Shown: one piece after another, positions 11,812 through 24,395 of the stretch
Numbering within the stretch: position 1 is the first letter of the stretch
Layout: each line of letters opens with the position of its first letter
Origin: Ostrea edulis
Lineage: Eukaryota
Length of the DNA stretch: 64,000 nt
Reading direction: 5' to 3'
Assembly (NCBI RefSeq): GCF_947568905.1
Contig: NC_079169.1
Span: 78,678,001-78,742,000 of the forward strand
Position numbers and translations under genes: made by a program
The notes under the pieces: generated by a model
What the model was told of the DNA's origin: nothing
Database searches by the model: none
Seen by the model: the letters and a program-made list of their open reading frames with translations, nothing else

Positions 11812-12165
11812 AATATGTCAAGGAAATTAGTAGATCAGGAGTGAAACTTGTAGTAATTAAAAATATCAGCAGGGCTTGAACTGAGTAGTGGGGAATACCT
11901 GGTTAGTGTTAACAGTTTAGTCTGTTAAAACTATGAGAGTATTACAGTACATGTATTGCTAATGATTGGCTTTGCAACCATGAACTTAAGTTTTGACAAC
12001 TTATTGAAAGAAGCATGTTTAGAGAAACCCAGATTTAATTGTAGTGTGGCAGTTCTCTGTTTGGTATACTGCACTGTAAAATTCCAGTCAACCTATGTGT
12101 ATAACTTTTTGACAGTGAGCAGATTGAGAAGGAATATGTTTTTAAAATGACACTCGTAGTATAAC

Positions 12166-12171
12166 AATAAA
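12166..12171 (+). terminator. Candidate ABT1 polyadenylation signal AATAAA
   Basis: AATAAA ~355 nt after the stop codon. Confidence 0.4.
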
Positions 12172-12304
12172 CCAATGCTTAAAAAAAAGGGGGGGGGGTT
12201 AAAACATATAAATAGTAAATACATTTATATTGAATTTTTGATATGTATATGTAAAACAACAGATACTTCCTGAAACTGGGGTTTATTATCCTGTTTTACA
12301 CACA

Positions 12305-12460
12305 CTATTAATTTGCACATGCAGTACAATTTTGTACATGCAGTATAAATTTGTATATGTACCTATACACATGCAGCATAGTACAAGCAGTATGATTTTG
12401 TACATGCAATATAATTTGTACACACAGTATAATTTTGTATGCATGCAGTATACTAGTAAT
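12305..12460. repeat. Degenerate ~19-bp tandem repeat (CATGCAGTATAATTTTGTA)
   Basis: Several diverged units visible. Confidence 0.6.
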
Positions 12461-13722
12461 TGTTGATAATAAATGTATTTAATTATTACTGTCGTGTTCA
12501 AATTTGAGAAAACCACATGCCATTCAAACACGTACTGATGATGAGTGTCTGATGTAACCTGGCAACATCTGACAGTTTTCTAGTTTGGAGATGTCATCTG
12601 CTGCTTCACATTCTGTATGCATTTTATGTAGTATAGCATATGTATGCATCAATTTGATTTAAGTGTTAGATTTAACAGAAGATAACAATCTGTGAAACTT
12701 CCCTCATTTCTACAGTATCTGCTCTGTATGTTATGGATTCATGTTAAAAAATTTATGCAGGCCTAGCGCTCAAGAAAATATTGGGACGGATCAGAGACAT
12801 GCCTGTATCAGAGGTCTGATCTGTCCCAATATTTTCTCAGAGGGCTTCAGTTCTGTAGCTAAATTTTATTATGCTGTTTAATGAAAATGTGCTATTTTCT
12901 TATGTTCACATAGATCTATACTCCTGATTATGCATACCGACACCTTTGATAAGGTGGCAACTTGTACATTTTCTTTCGTTATTGTTTAAATTACACTATA
13001 GTTAAGTGGAAATCGATACAGTCTTTCTACTTTGAACATGACTATTGATCAGTCACAGGAGGGCGGAGTTACCGTATACAGAAACTCCCGGTGTTGATGA
13101 CGTTAATAGGCTTTACAGTCACAAGTTATTTACTGAAAAATAAGGTATGTTGCTTAGCCAATCAAATTGCGTGTTGCAATTGAAATTAAATTGTCACACG
13201 CACACATCCTGTCATAATATGATGATAGCGCGGTGAATCGATTGAAAATAATTTTGGCGGGAAACGGGCATAAGTACAGTGATGGATCAGGGATATCACA
13301 CAAGAAGAAAGTTATATGTAGAATTTTGTGAAAATCTGTATTCAGCAAGTGGAAAACTCGATCGTTTGCCTGTAACACGTACGCACAAGGTTAAGTCTGC
13401 ATCCGTATTTCTGTGTTTTTATCCAGCTTTAAAATTCAGAAAATACGCAGGTCAAAATCGAAAAATAATAAATTTTAGCGAAATGAAAACCTGAGAAATC
13501 AACAGGTTGGATTTGAAAAAAAGGTGGGGGTATAGCTCAGCAAACATGTTTGAATAATTATTTAAATCATTTCCATGAATGAAGGACCCTGCAAATATTT
13601 CATTACACGATTCAGTTCACGACGTGGTACTTTTGGAGATGCTGGTGAGTAGCGTTTTGTGACTGGTATGCATTTTTGCACAGCGGACTGGTGCTAGTGA
13701 AGTTCCACAGCTATTCTGGTCC

Positions 13723-14958
13723 CTATGTTTTACGATACATTCGATGCCTTTTTATAGACACTGATTTTATTGTATTTTTCGCCCATATCATCGGCTTTTT
13801 AAAGTCCGGGAGATGATATTGTGTAGGACGAGGGAAATACCAGGGTGAATCTCTTCGTTGAACGCTTCCAAATTCACTTTTTGAAATAAAGTATACGAAG
13901 TTAATCCTGTAGTTGAATATTCGCGTCAAGATAATCCCTAGCACTGATTGGTCAAATCTATGACATGCACCGATGTACTGGCGATCTGGATGACAATGGA
14001 TGTAATTTTTAAAATCAAGAGGGCTCATGCATTCCGGTTCTAAAGCACATGTTACCCATGGTCGCATCACAGCGGTCATTATGAATGGATTACGTTTAAC
14101 TAGAACCCAACCGGTTTCCATTTCCGGGAAAACAATAAACCTACATGGGTCTTCCTGTAACCTCCTAAAAGTGTTGCGGTTTGTCCGGAATGCTAATGAC
14201 CCGCCTCCTTTTCGGATTTGGATACCTCGATGACTGGCCGCTTGAAATAAAGGGAATAGACTGTGATTTGTAAGACGAATAGACGAGTCCATCCACATCA
14301 CAAAGTCGAACTCTTGTAGAGCCATCTGAATCAGAATAGGTTTCCACGTGTATCGGCGTACATCCAGTATATGAAGTGGATACATTTCAAAAGGAAATTT
14401 ACGAATTTCGCATCTGCAGTATTTCTCAAGTAATTCGAGAGAGGAGTTCGAAAGACCCAGGTCATAAACAATGAAATGTAATCTATACGACTTGTTCAAA
14501 AGGTGTTCGTGCACGCTTTTTATCAGTCCCTCAACCTCTCTAAAATGGTTTTCTGAAATTCCCGCCAAAATAACAGGGTACGCTGAGGAGTTCGTGTGAT
14601 TGGTCAGCTCTGATACTCCCACGTCATCCAGTTGCAACATTTGAAGTGTTTGTGTTGATACATTTGTGTTTTTCATATACCTGAGAGCTACGTTTATATT
14701 TTCACCAAAACTAGGCAAAAAATCTTCACAGTCTGCCGGCGCTTTACGGAAAACTTCCATACTAAAGTTTCTCCATTTAGTAACTTCGTCCACTATTTGT
14801 TTGTAATTCTCTGCCCAGGGAGGGATCGGTTGCAGATATGTCCGGCGGAGCGGTGTTAACATTTCACTTCTGTAACCGGTATATGCAAGAAGGAATAATC
14901 CAACACAAATGATTAACATATATAACACTCTCGGCTTCTTCCACGAATTTGTAGACAT
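13723..14958 (-). CDS. Intronless 411-aa type II membrane protein, DUF1647-like (putative glycosyltransferase fold)
   Basis: Longest open ORF in the window. N-terminal basic residues plus TM segment, then motifs GISENHF, VYDLGL, YTWKPILIQ, WMDSSIR and CHRFDQS, as in DUF1647 proteins. Candidate 5'-UTR acceptor (TTTTAACAG on the - strand) at 14998. Confidence 0.8.
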   Translation of the reverse strand: MSTNSWKKPRVLYMLIICVGLFLLAYTGYRSEMLTPLRRTYLQPIPPWAENYKQIVDEVTKWRNFSMEVFRKAPADCEDFLPSFGENINVALRYMKNTNVSTQTLQMLQLDDVGVSELTNHTNSSAYPVILAGISENHFREVEGLIKSVHEHLLNKSYRLHFIVYDLGLSNSSLELLEKYCRCEIRKFPFEMYPLHILDVRRYTWKPILIQMALQEFDFVMWMDSSIRLTNHSLFPLFQAASHRGIQIRKGGGSLAFRTNRNTFRRLQEDPCRFIVFPEMETGWVLVKRNPFIMTAVMRPWVTCALEPECMSPLDFKNYIHCHPDRQYIGACHRFDQSVLGIILTRIFNYRINFVYFISKSEFGSVQRRDSPWYFPRPTQYHLPDFKKPMIWAKNTIKSVSIKRHRMYRKT

Positions 14959-15349
14959 GCTGGTTTTAGCAACCGTAAAATGTGTTGATAAACGTTGCTG
15001 TTAAAATTTAAATGGTAAAATGTATTGTTTGTTTTTTTAATTTATCACTACAGTACATAATGATTATCAACAATCTTCAAATGCTTAGATTATATCGCCT
15101 TTTAATTTAAAAACCGCTCCAAGGTAGTGCACTTCTTTAGTGTCCTTCTAATGCTTAAACGGCAATCATCAATTGAAATAATTACTTGTCACATTGTTAT
15201 GTACACGAGTACAAACAAGTTCCATTCATTTATAAACTTGACAGATATCTACATCCCAACGTGTGTAACCCTTTTTGTTCAATTTTATTTAGAGTAATTT
15301 CGAGCGAAACTGTGTTTGTTACTAGCAGCAAGAATGTAACCCTCTCTGA

Positions 15350-15456
15350 CACCCCCCCCCCACCCCCCCCCCCCACCCCCCCCCCCCCCCCCCCGAAAAC
15401 GTCAGAAGAACAAAAAATCAAAGATGGCTACATTTTTGCAGCTATGTAGTTTTTTC

Positions 15457-15528
<72 letters not shown>
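15350..15528. repeat. Poly-C, (TA)n and (GA)n microsatellites
   Basis: Seen directly. Confidence 0.95.
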
Positions 15529-15530
<2 letters not shown>

Positions 15531-16104
15531 TGTACATAATATGGCTAATAGACCCTTGTAAATGCACGATCGTTTATCTCGGACGCGATCGGTAACGTGG
15601 ATTGTTTGTTGTTTTTTTCTTCTGTATTCTCTTAGCATGAGGGGGAAAATGAATTGCGATATATTTTTCTGATTTTTCTCGCGAATTTCGTGATCATGGA
15701 ACAACTGATAATTGTTCATAATATTTTTTTACCTGTCTATTATTAACAGAGAATAATAAAACAAAATTTTCGTCCCGAAAAATTAGACAATCTGGTTGTG
15801 TCTTTTGTCAATTCAGTGCTTTGTATTTGACCTTGTATCCTTGTTGTGGATCCGACACTTCTAGGATCGGAATAGTGCTTATATACATACATACATACAT
15901 ACACACACACACCCACGCGCGCATGCACACATATATGTCATGATGAGATATATAATTCACAAAGATTACATGCCAAGTAAAATGAAAACAACCGAGGCTA
16001 AATGTTATATCACAATAGTGGCTCCTTTATCTGCTTCGCGATGTGTACATTTTGTGGGAAGGTCTTTCTTTGCTTGGTTCCAACGCCTGTTTAGGACACA
16101 TTTT

Positions 16105-17064
16105 TTACTATGTAGCTAGATATCCTGTGTGGTTCCGTGGTCGATTCCTTACTGCATGGCTAGGTATTTCTCTGTGTGGTTCCGTGGTCGATTCCTTACT
16201 GCGTGACTAGGTATTTCTGTGTAGTTCCGTGGTCGATTCCTTACTGCATGGCTAGGTATTTTTCTGTGTGGTTCCGTGGTCGATTCCTTACTGCATGACT
16301 AGGTATTTCTCTGTGTGGTTCCGTGGTCGATTCCTTACTGTGGGACTAGGTATTTCTCTATGTGGTTCCGTGGTCGATTCCTTACTACATGGCTAGGTAT
16401 TTCTCTGTGTGGTTCCGTGATCGATTCCTTACTGCGTGACTAGGTATTTCTCTGTGTGGTTCTTGGTTGATTCCATACTGCGTGGCTAGGTATTTCTCTG
16501 TGTGGTTCCGTGGTCGATTCCTTACTGCGTGACTAGGTATTTCTCTGTGTGGTTCCGTGGTCGATTCCTTACTGCGTGGCTAGGTATTTCTCTGTGTGGT
16601 TCCGTGGTCGATTCCTTACTGCGTGGCTAGGTATTTCCCTGTGTGGTTCCGTGGTCAATTCCTTACTGCGTGGCTAGGTATTTCTCTGTGGTTCTTGGTC
16701 GATTCCTAACTGCATGGCAAGGTATTTCTCCGTGTGGTTCCGTGGTCGATTCTTTCCTGCATGGCTAGGTATTTCTCTGTGTGGTTCCATGGTCAATTCC
16801 TTACTGCATGGCTATGTATTTCTCTCTGTGGTTCTTGATCGATTCCTTACTGCGTGGCTAGGTATTTCTCGCTGTGGTTCTTGATCGATTCCTTACTGCG
16901 TGGCTAGGTATTTCTCTGTGTGGTTCTTGGTTGATTCCATACTGCGTGGCTAGGTATTTCTCTGTGTGGTTCTTGGTCCATTCCTTACTGCGTGGCTAGG
17001 TATTTCAATGTGTGGTTCTTGGTCCATTCCTTACTGCGTGGCTAGGTATTTCTCTGTGTGGTTC
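16105..17064. repeat. 47-bp tandem satellite, ~20 units
   Basis: Unit GGTTCCGTGGTCGATTCCTTACTGCGTGGCTAGGTATTTCTCTGTGT, period measured at 16504/16551. Confidence 0.95.
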
Positions 17065-17171
17065 TTTTCACCCGATTTTCGTCAAACCCGAAAATCTCCT
17101 GATGGGCGTATACCTTTTTCGCAAATTTTGAAAAAATACAATCTCTACTTTTCAACAAAAAATGCTGTTAT

Positions 17172-19660
17172 TAATCCACCAGTCTACAACAAAACAGATA
17201 AATATATAGTGTCATGAAATAATCCACCAGTCTACAACAGAACAGGTAAATGTAGAGTACTATAAAATAACCCATCAGTCTACAACAGAACAGGTAAATA
17301 TATAGTACTATAAAGTAACCCACCAGTCTACAACAGAACAGGTAAATATATATAGTACTATAAAATAACCCATCAGTCTATAACAGAACAGGTAAATGTA
17401 GAGTACTATAAAGTAACCCACCAGTCTACGACAGAACAGATAAATATATAGTACTATAAAATAACCCACCAGTCTACAACAGAACAGGTAAATATATATA
17501 GTACTATAAAATAACCCATCAGTCTACAACAGAACAGGTAAATATATAGTACTATAAAGTAACCCACCAGTCTACGACAGAACAGATAAATATATAGTAC
17601 TATAAAATAACCCACCAGTCTACAACAGAACAGGTAAATATAGAGTACTATAAAGTAACCCACCAGTCTACGACAGAACAGATAAATATATAGTACTATA
17701 AAATAACCCACCAGTCTACAACAGAAGAGGTAAATGTAGAGTACTATAGAATAACCCACCAGTCTACAACAGAACAGGTAAATGTAGAGTACTATAAAGT
17801 AACCCACCAGTCTACAACAGAACAGGTAAATATATAGTACTATAAAGTAACCCACCAGTCTACAACAGAACAGGTTATTGTAAAGTACTATAAAGTAACC
17901 CACCAGTCTACAACAGAACAGGTAAATATATAGTACTATAAAGTAACCCATCAGTCTACATCAGAACAGGTAAATATATAGTACTATAGAATAACCCACC
18001 AGTCTACAACAGAACAAGTAAATATACAGTACTATAAAGTAACCTACCAGTCTACAACAGAACAGATAAATATATAGTACTATAAAATAACCCACCAGTC
18101 TACAACAGAACAGGTAAATATATAGTACTATAAAGTAACCTACCAGTTTACAACAGAACAGGTAAATATAGAGTACTATAAAGTAACCCACCAGTCTACA
18201 ACAGAACAGGTAAATATATAGTACTATAAAATAAACCACCAGTCTACAACAGAACAGATAAATATATAGTACTATAGAATAACCCACCAGTCTACAACAG
18301 AACAAGTAAATGTACAGTACTATAGAATAAACCACCAGTCTACAACAGAACAGGTAAATATATATAGTACTATAAAGTAACCCACCAGTCTATAACAGAA
18401 CAGATAAATGTATAGTACTATAGAATAACCCACCAGTCTACAACAGAACAGGTAAATATATAGTACTATAAAGTAACTCACCAGTCTACAACAGAACAAG
18501 TAAATATATATAGTACTATAAAGTAACCCACCAGTCTATAACAGAACAGATAAATGTATAGTACTATAAAATAACCCACCAGTCTACAACAGAACAGGTT
18601 ATTGTAAAGTACTATAAAGTAACCCACCAGTCTACAACAGAACAGGTAAATATATAGTACTATAAAATAACCCATCAGTCTACAACAGAACAGGTAAATA
18701 TATAGTACTATAAAGTAACCCACCAGTCTACAACAGAACAAGTAAATATATATAGTACTATAAAGTAACCCACCAGTCTACAACAGAACAGATAAATATA
18801 TAGTACTATAAAATAACCCACTAGTCTACAACAGAACAAGTAAATATATAGTACTATAAAATAACCCACCAGTCTACAACAGAACAAGTAAATGTACAGT
18901 ACTATAAAATAACCCACCAGTCTACAACAGAACAGGTAAATATATATAGTACTATAAAGTAACCCACCAGTCTACAACAGAACAGGTAAATATATAGTAC
19001 TATAAAGTAACCCACCAGTCTACAACAGAACAGATAAATATATAGTACTATAGAATAACCCACTAGTCTACAACAGAACAGGTAAATGTAGAGTACTATA
19101 GAATAACCCAGCAGTCTACAACAGAACAGGTAAATATATAGTACTATAAAATAACCCACCAGTCTACAACAGAACAGGTAAATATATAGTACTATAAAGT
19201 AACCCATCAGTCTACAACAGAACAGGTAAATATATAGTACTATAAAGTAACCCATCAGTCTACAACAGAACAGGTAAATATATAGTACTATAAAGTAACC
19301 CACCAGTCTACGACAGAACAGATAAATATATAGTACTATAGAATAACCCACCAGTCTACAACAGAACAGGTAAATGTAGAGTACTATAGAATAACCCAGC
19401 AGTCTACAACAGAACAGGTAAATGTAGAGTACTATAGAATAACCCACCAGTCTACAACAGAACAGATAAATGTATAGTACTATAAAGTAACCTACCAGTC
19501 TACAACAGAACAGGTAAATATATAGTACTATAAAGTAACCCACCAGTCTACAACAGAACAGGTAAATGTACAGTACTATAAAGTAACCCACCAGTCTACA
19601 ACAAAACAGATAAATATATATAGTACTATAAAGTAACCCACCAGTCTACAACAGAACAGA
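17172..19660. repeat. 48-bp tandem satellite, ~52 units
   Basis: Unit CCACCAGTCTACAACAGAACAGGTAAATATATAGTACTATAAAGTAAC, period measured at 17761/17809. Explains the 16-aa-periodic ORFs. Confidence 0.97.
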
Positions 19661-20469
19661 TCTGTTATATTTAACTTTTGAAATACTATTTTAGACATAC
19701 GATATACGTAGTGTATATTTTTGTATACATTTCATATGGTGTACACATAATGCTCAATTTTACACTCTCCGCGCTTGCGCCAGTCTTTCTAGTATCTTCA
19801 ACTATCAAGCCTAATGAATTATCGCTATGATTGTGGAATTCAGTAGATGAGTATGTCATTGTGCAATGTACAGTTACTTGGAATTTCCAGTCTTAATCAC
19901 AAGGTCATTATGCATAAGAGGTCAACTTGTAATGGAGTACCACACGAAGTTGATAATAAGTGGATCGGCATAATACACCGGATAAGATAAGGGGGAAATG
20001 AATCAAAACGTATCACTTTCCCACATTTTATACAACCATCCTTCACGATAAATTACATGAAACTCGGAAATATTCGTATCTTGTGTCATCCCAAAATTAC
20101 TTTAAAAGCATTCTGATTCTACTCACAGCTGATATAAAAAAAAAAATGCTGAATAATCTCATCGACAATATTTATTCAGGTCTTCTAACAGTTTATTTAA
20201 ACAAATCGTGACCTTAACTTAATTCAGCATTCTCATGAAACAGAATTTATTTTTCAAAAAACTTCAACATAAGAGGAAGAAAATGCTTGCAATGGTCTTC
20301 AACTCGATATTATATACATGTATATCTTCGTCATTTTTTTTTTATATAAATAAAATTAATTTTCATACATACAATGTATGTTGATTCAATATAACCTAGT
20401 AAGCTCAAAATTAAAAAAAAAAGGGGGGGGGGGTCTTCCACATCTGTTTCTACTGAACAATGTCAGACT

Positions 20470-21235
20470 ACAATGTAACAACTCGACTTTATGACTTCAG
20501 CTTCCTCATCATCAACTTCCCATATTTATGTAGCAATATTCTTTTATCACTTGCATATGGTGTTCATGTCTCCCAACTGATTCGATACGCGAGAACATGT
20601 TCAGCGTATGATAAATTTTTGAATTGAGACACCCTATTGAAAAATATGTTGATGCTGATTAAAGGAGTTTAAAAACAGGCTTGTTTAAAATCAGAATTTC
20701 AAAAAATTTATGACGTTGCAATGACCTTGTTCGCAAATACATCCCGTCATGTAGTCGATTGATTGATTGTATATTGTTTAACTTACTCTCAAGAATTTTT
20801 CTCTTATGTAGAGACGTCATTATTGCCGGTGAATGGCTGCAAAATTTAGGCCCATGCTTGGCGATTATGGCATTTGAACAGGGAGGGATATTTAACGTGC
20901 CACACCTGCTGTGACACGGGGCCTCGGGTTTTGCGGTCTCATTCGATAGAACGTACCATTTAGTCGCCTCTTACGACTAGCAAGAGGTACTGAGGACCTA
21001 TTCTACCCGGATGCAGTCGAAAGTTGTCTGACGTGTTTTCATACAAATTGTTAGGCCGTTCTTTTTATGCTGATTTTGACTACAGATTTATCAAGATACA
21101 GGGCTCGATCGGTCAACAGGGGATACTTTCTCCTCCTCGGCACCTGATCCCAACTCTGCTGTGTTCAGAGTTCTGTGTTTGTCCTGTTCTATATTTTGTG
21201 TTCTTTACATTGATCGCCGTTAGCATCACCTCTTC
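20470..21235 (+). mobile_element. Degenerate Penelope-like (Naiad-type) retroelement 3' fragment, interrupted by a SINE
   Basis: Decayed RT C-terminus (..NFPYLCSNI..AYGVHVSQLIRYAR..) followed by the family 3' module at ~21100-21235. Confidence 0.6.
20758..21015 (-). mobile_element. SINE with Deu/Nin- and Meta-like cores and (CAAT)n tail
   Basis: The reverse strand reads GTCGTAAGAGGCGACTAA...CCCCGTGTCACAGCAGGTGTGGCACG...CAATCAAT; homologous to 49540-49805. Confidence 0.7.
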
Positions 21236-21337
21236 CATTAAGAAACTGAAAATGGAATGCATTCATGGATTAAACTTTCATGACTTGTGATTTAAGATTA
21301 TTTGAATTCCAATTCTAATTACATGCACGGTCGTGAC

Positions 21338-21914
21338 TATTCTCTTTAGAGAAGTCGAGAGGCATAGCCTTCATCGACTTCTCTTCGCAAGCATACGTGT
21401 AAATGCCGGAGTCGGTGACGGTTTGTGTTTCGATCGACATTTCGACTCAGATGTGCCTGGATTTACGCAATAAACAAGTTGTTTTCAAACATTTAATAGC
21501 AATGGACAAAACCGTCACAAGGAAATCAAAACTTACTTGCTTTTAATCTATTTTCAACATGCCCCTGTCCCGGGTTTAAATCACAACTCTGATTACGTCA
21601 GCCTGCTTCACTCTTAACGGGTCCCCTATTGTGACAGCTCCCAAAACCAGTTCACGTAAACCCGGGACAGGGGGCATGTTGAAAATGGATTAAAAGCAAG
21701 TAAGTATTGATTTCCTTGTGGCAGTTTTGTGCATTACTGTTAAATGTTTGAAAATAAGTTGCCTATTGCGTAAACCCTGGCACATCTGACTCGAAACGTT
21801 GGTCGAAGCATAAACCGTCACCAACTCCGGCATTTACACGTTTTCCAGACTCAAAACAAGAGAAGTCAATGAAGGCTATGCCTCTCCGGGCTCTCGACTT
21901 CTCTAAAGAAAATA
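21338..21914 (+). mobile_element. Long-TIR MITE (577 bp), 9-bp TSD GGTCGTGAC
   Basis: TATTCTCTTTAGAGAAG...CTTCTCTAAAGAAAATA with ~250-bp inverted arms; TSD at 21329-21337 and 21915-21923. Confidence 0.85.
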
Positions 21915-23008
21915 GGTCGTGACACACGTTAAATTGCACATACCCTATCATGCTTCCGCTTGTCTAAGCATGCTCTTGTACATAGAACTTTATATACTTC
22001 CTAGTAACAAAGTTTGAGTTGAACTACAGAATTTCAGCCTTCAACATTAAATTACTTTCCCCGATTTTCAAGAAGTCATCAGGCCCATAAAAATGGGGGG
22101 GGGGGGGGTTTCCACTTTTCAGAATCTTTTTTTAAAAACTTCACACAGAAAAATCATGGGTGGACCCTGCTAGAAGATATCAAAAAGAGTTCCAAAACCA
22201 TGCTTCTGGAAATATATGTCATGTATTGTAATGGTATTTTTCAATATGAATAATGCTTATTTCAAAATCCACAATTACACATTTTCTAGGGGAACTTTCA
22301 ACTAAAGCATACACTATATGACAGAGGCAACGTACCATTTATTCTTACATTCATTGTATACATAATCTTATAAATGTTTATAATCAGCATATATACTTAG
22401 AACTGGTAAGGTTAAAACACGGGTATCCTACTTGCCCCCCCCCCCCCTTCCTCTCTCTCCCATATAGAGATATATTCTACACCCATGTATACATCTGGTG
22501 CAGTCGGAATGTTCAGAAGTTTGATGAACGTAAATTAACACACAAGGAATAGGCTCTTACATGTACATCCATATTGCAAGGTCATCGGCATATATCGAGA
22601 TATTGAGAGAGAGAGAAAGAGGCGTCCATGGGAAGTCGGTGAAAAATATTACTTTTTTTCTTCTTCTAAATTTGCATTGATGATTTCATTTGTAAATTTA
22701 ATTTAGTGAGGTTTTTTCTTCTGTCACAGGGACCTGTCTTCCGCATTGTGGAAAATAAAAAAATATATAAATCCTCTTTAAAATCACCTTTTAATTACCA
22801 AAGCGTGTCGGAATCTTTATCAGAAAGAAAGACTTCAAAGGTGATTTTAAAGATTTTAAAGAGGATTTATATATATATATTTTCAAAAGTTTCCACAATC
22901 CGGAAGACAAGTCCCTGTGAGCTATTTCAAAATTCCACGACACGTGAAAATGCATCCACCTACTTTACTTCGTAATTTCTGTCACAAGATAACAGTTTAT
23001 TTACCTTT

Positions 23009-23094
23009 GGGAATTTCCTGTATCATGGCCTCTTGAAATCATTTTATGTAAATAGCCATCCCTCGTGATTTGATCACCTGATGTTACTTATAAG
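23009..23094 (+). promoter_or_regulatory. Galectin proximal promoter: kB-site GGGAATTTCC and TATA-like TATAAG
   Basis: Perfect GGGRNWYYCC at 23009-23018 and TATAAG at ~23089-23094, 80-160 bp upstream of the ATG. Confidence 0.45.
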
Positions 23095-23169
23095 TTGGAG
23101 TGTGTGAATATTTGATAAATACCTGCAACACAGCCCTCATTTCCTTCTTCGCTGTGAAGTGAAACTATC

Positions 23170-23190
23170 ATGGCTACTATAATGAGCCCA
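23170..23190 (+). CDS. Tandem-repeat galectin exon 1 (MATIMSP)
   Basis: ATG in ACTATCATGG context; donor CCA|GTAAGT, phase 0. Confidence 0.75.
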
Positions 23191-23723
23191 GTAAGTATAT
23201 ATATTTTAATTTTCCATTAATGATGCTATGGTGTGGAAATAATTCACTTAATAATGATAATTTCATTATCGGTTTATACGTTCTCGGTCCGTATATTGAA
23301 TTCTGTTATATTTGTCGGTAGTGTCTAGATAACGTTACGACAGTGAACTATATGCATGTTTATTGTACTCACAAGAAGAGAGTTGTTTAAAGTGTTCAAT
23401 GTGCATACGTAGCATATTGTCAGAAAACAGTTAATGAAAGTTGAGTATGGAATTCAAAAGGGCGAAGGGTGGAAGTTTTAATACTAATATATGAATACAT
23501 TCTTAATTTTAAAAAAATAAATGACATGTACATGTGTATTTTGGAGATTCTTGTGACAAACGGATAAGAATATTATGGATCAACTCTTTATAAACTACTA
23601 TTGATTTTTTTCTTCATTGCCGAAAAATAGGTTTGATTTGAAAGATTCCTTCACAATGCTGTGGGCTTCTTTCCTGTCTCATTATCAAATTGAGTTGCAG
23701 TTATACATGTCTTGTTTTGTTAG

Positions 23724-23812
23724 GGCATTCCCTACGTGGGAGGAATCCCCGGGGGTATGAGAGACGGACGCCAAATCGTCATCAACGGAATGGTGCCCCA
23801 CCACGAGCACAG
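23724..23812 (+). CDS. Galectin exon 2 (N-CRD start)
   Basis: GIPYVGGIPGGMRDGRQIVINGMVP; AG/GT borders, ends phase 2. Confidence 0.9.
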
Positions 23813-24037
23813 GTACATACATTTATTGGTATGAAAAAGCAGGAAATTACATAAACGCATTTCCTTAGTTTTGCATTTCACGGTCTGCATTGACTTAATT
23901 GATTAACGCTATAGAAAATTTCCTTATCAATAACCAATAGATCGCCTTTATGTCTTTGGGTTTCCCGTTTAGGAAACTTCCGTTCAATACATGCTTCTTT
24001 GATAACTCAGTTGACGCAGTTTTTTTTCTTGGAACAG

Positions 24038-24245
24038 TTTTTCGATCAACCTCCAAGCCGGACCAAACATTAACCCTCGGTCCAACACAGCTCTACATTT
24101 CAACCCTCGCCTGAACGACAACTGTGTGGTCCGTAATAGCTACCAGCACCACAGCTGGGGAGGGGAAGAGCGAGGAGGGTACATGCCGTTCCAGAGGGGA
24201 ATGCCTTTCGAAATAACTGTACTCTGCCAACACCACCATTATAAG
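24038..24245 (+). CDS. Galectin exon 3 (N-CRD core)
   Basis: HFNPR...VVRNS...WGGEER canonical beta-galactoside-binding residues. Confidence 0.95.
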
Positions 24246-24395
24246 GTGTGGTGTATATTATGATCATCTCGTGTATTTCCGAAGGCTGCATGATTATGGG
24301 TTAATGCAGCTGATTTTAAAGCATGCAGCTGATATGCAATCTGTTGTTTATAGATTCCTTCGTCAGAGCAAATTTTAAAATATTTTTGTTGCCAC

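Noticed and set aside
17454-19591. Long Cys/Tyr-rich ORFs (YLFCCRLVGYFIVLYI)n
   Set aside because: Translation of the 48-bp satellite (16-aa period); no start or splice context.
16105-19660. CRISPR-like appearance of the arrays
   Set aside because: Units are contiguous with no unique spacers, the context is eukaryotic, and there are no cas genes.
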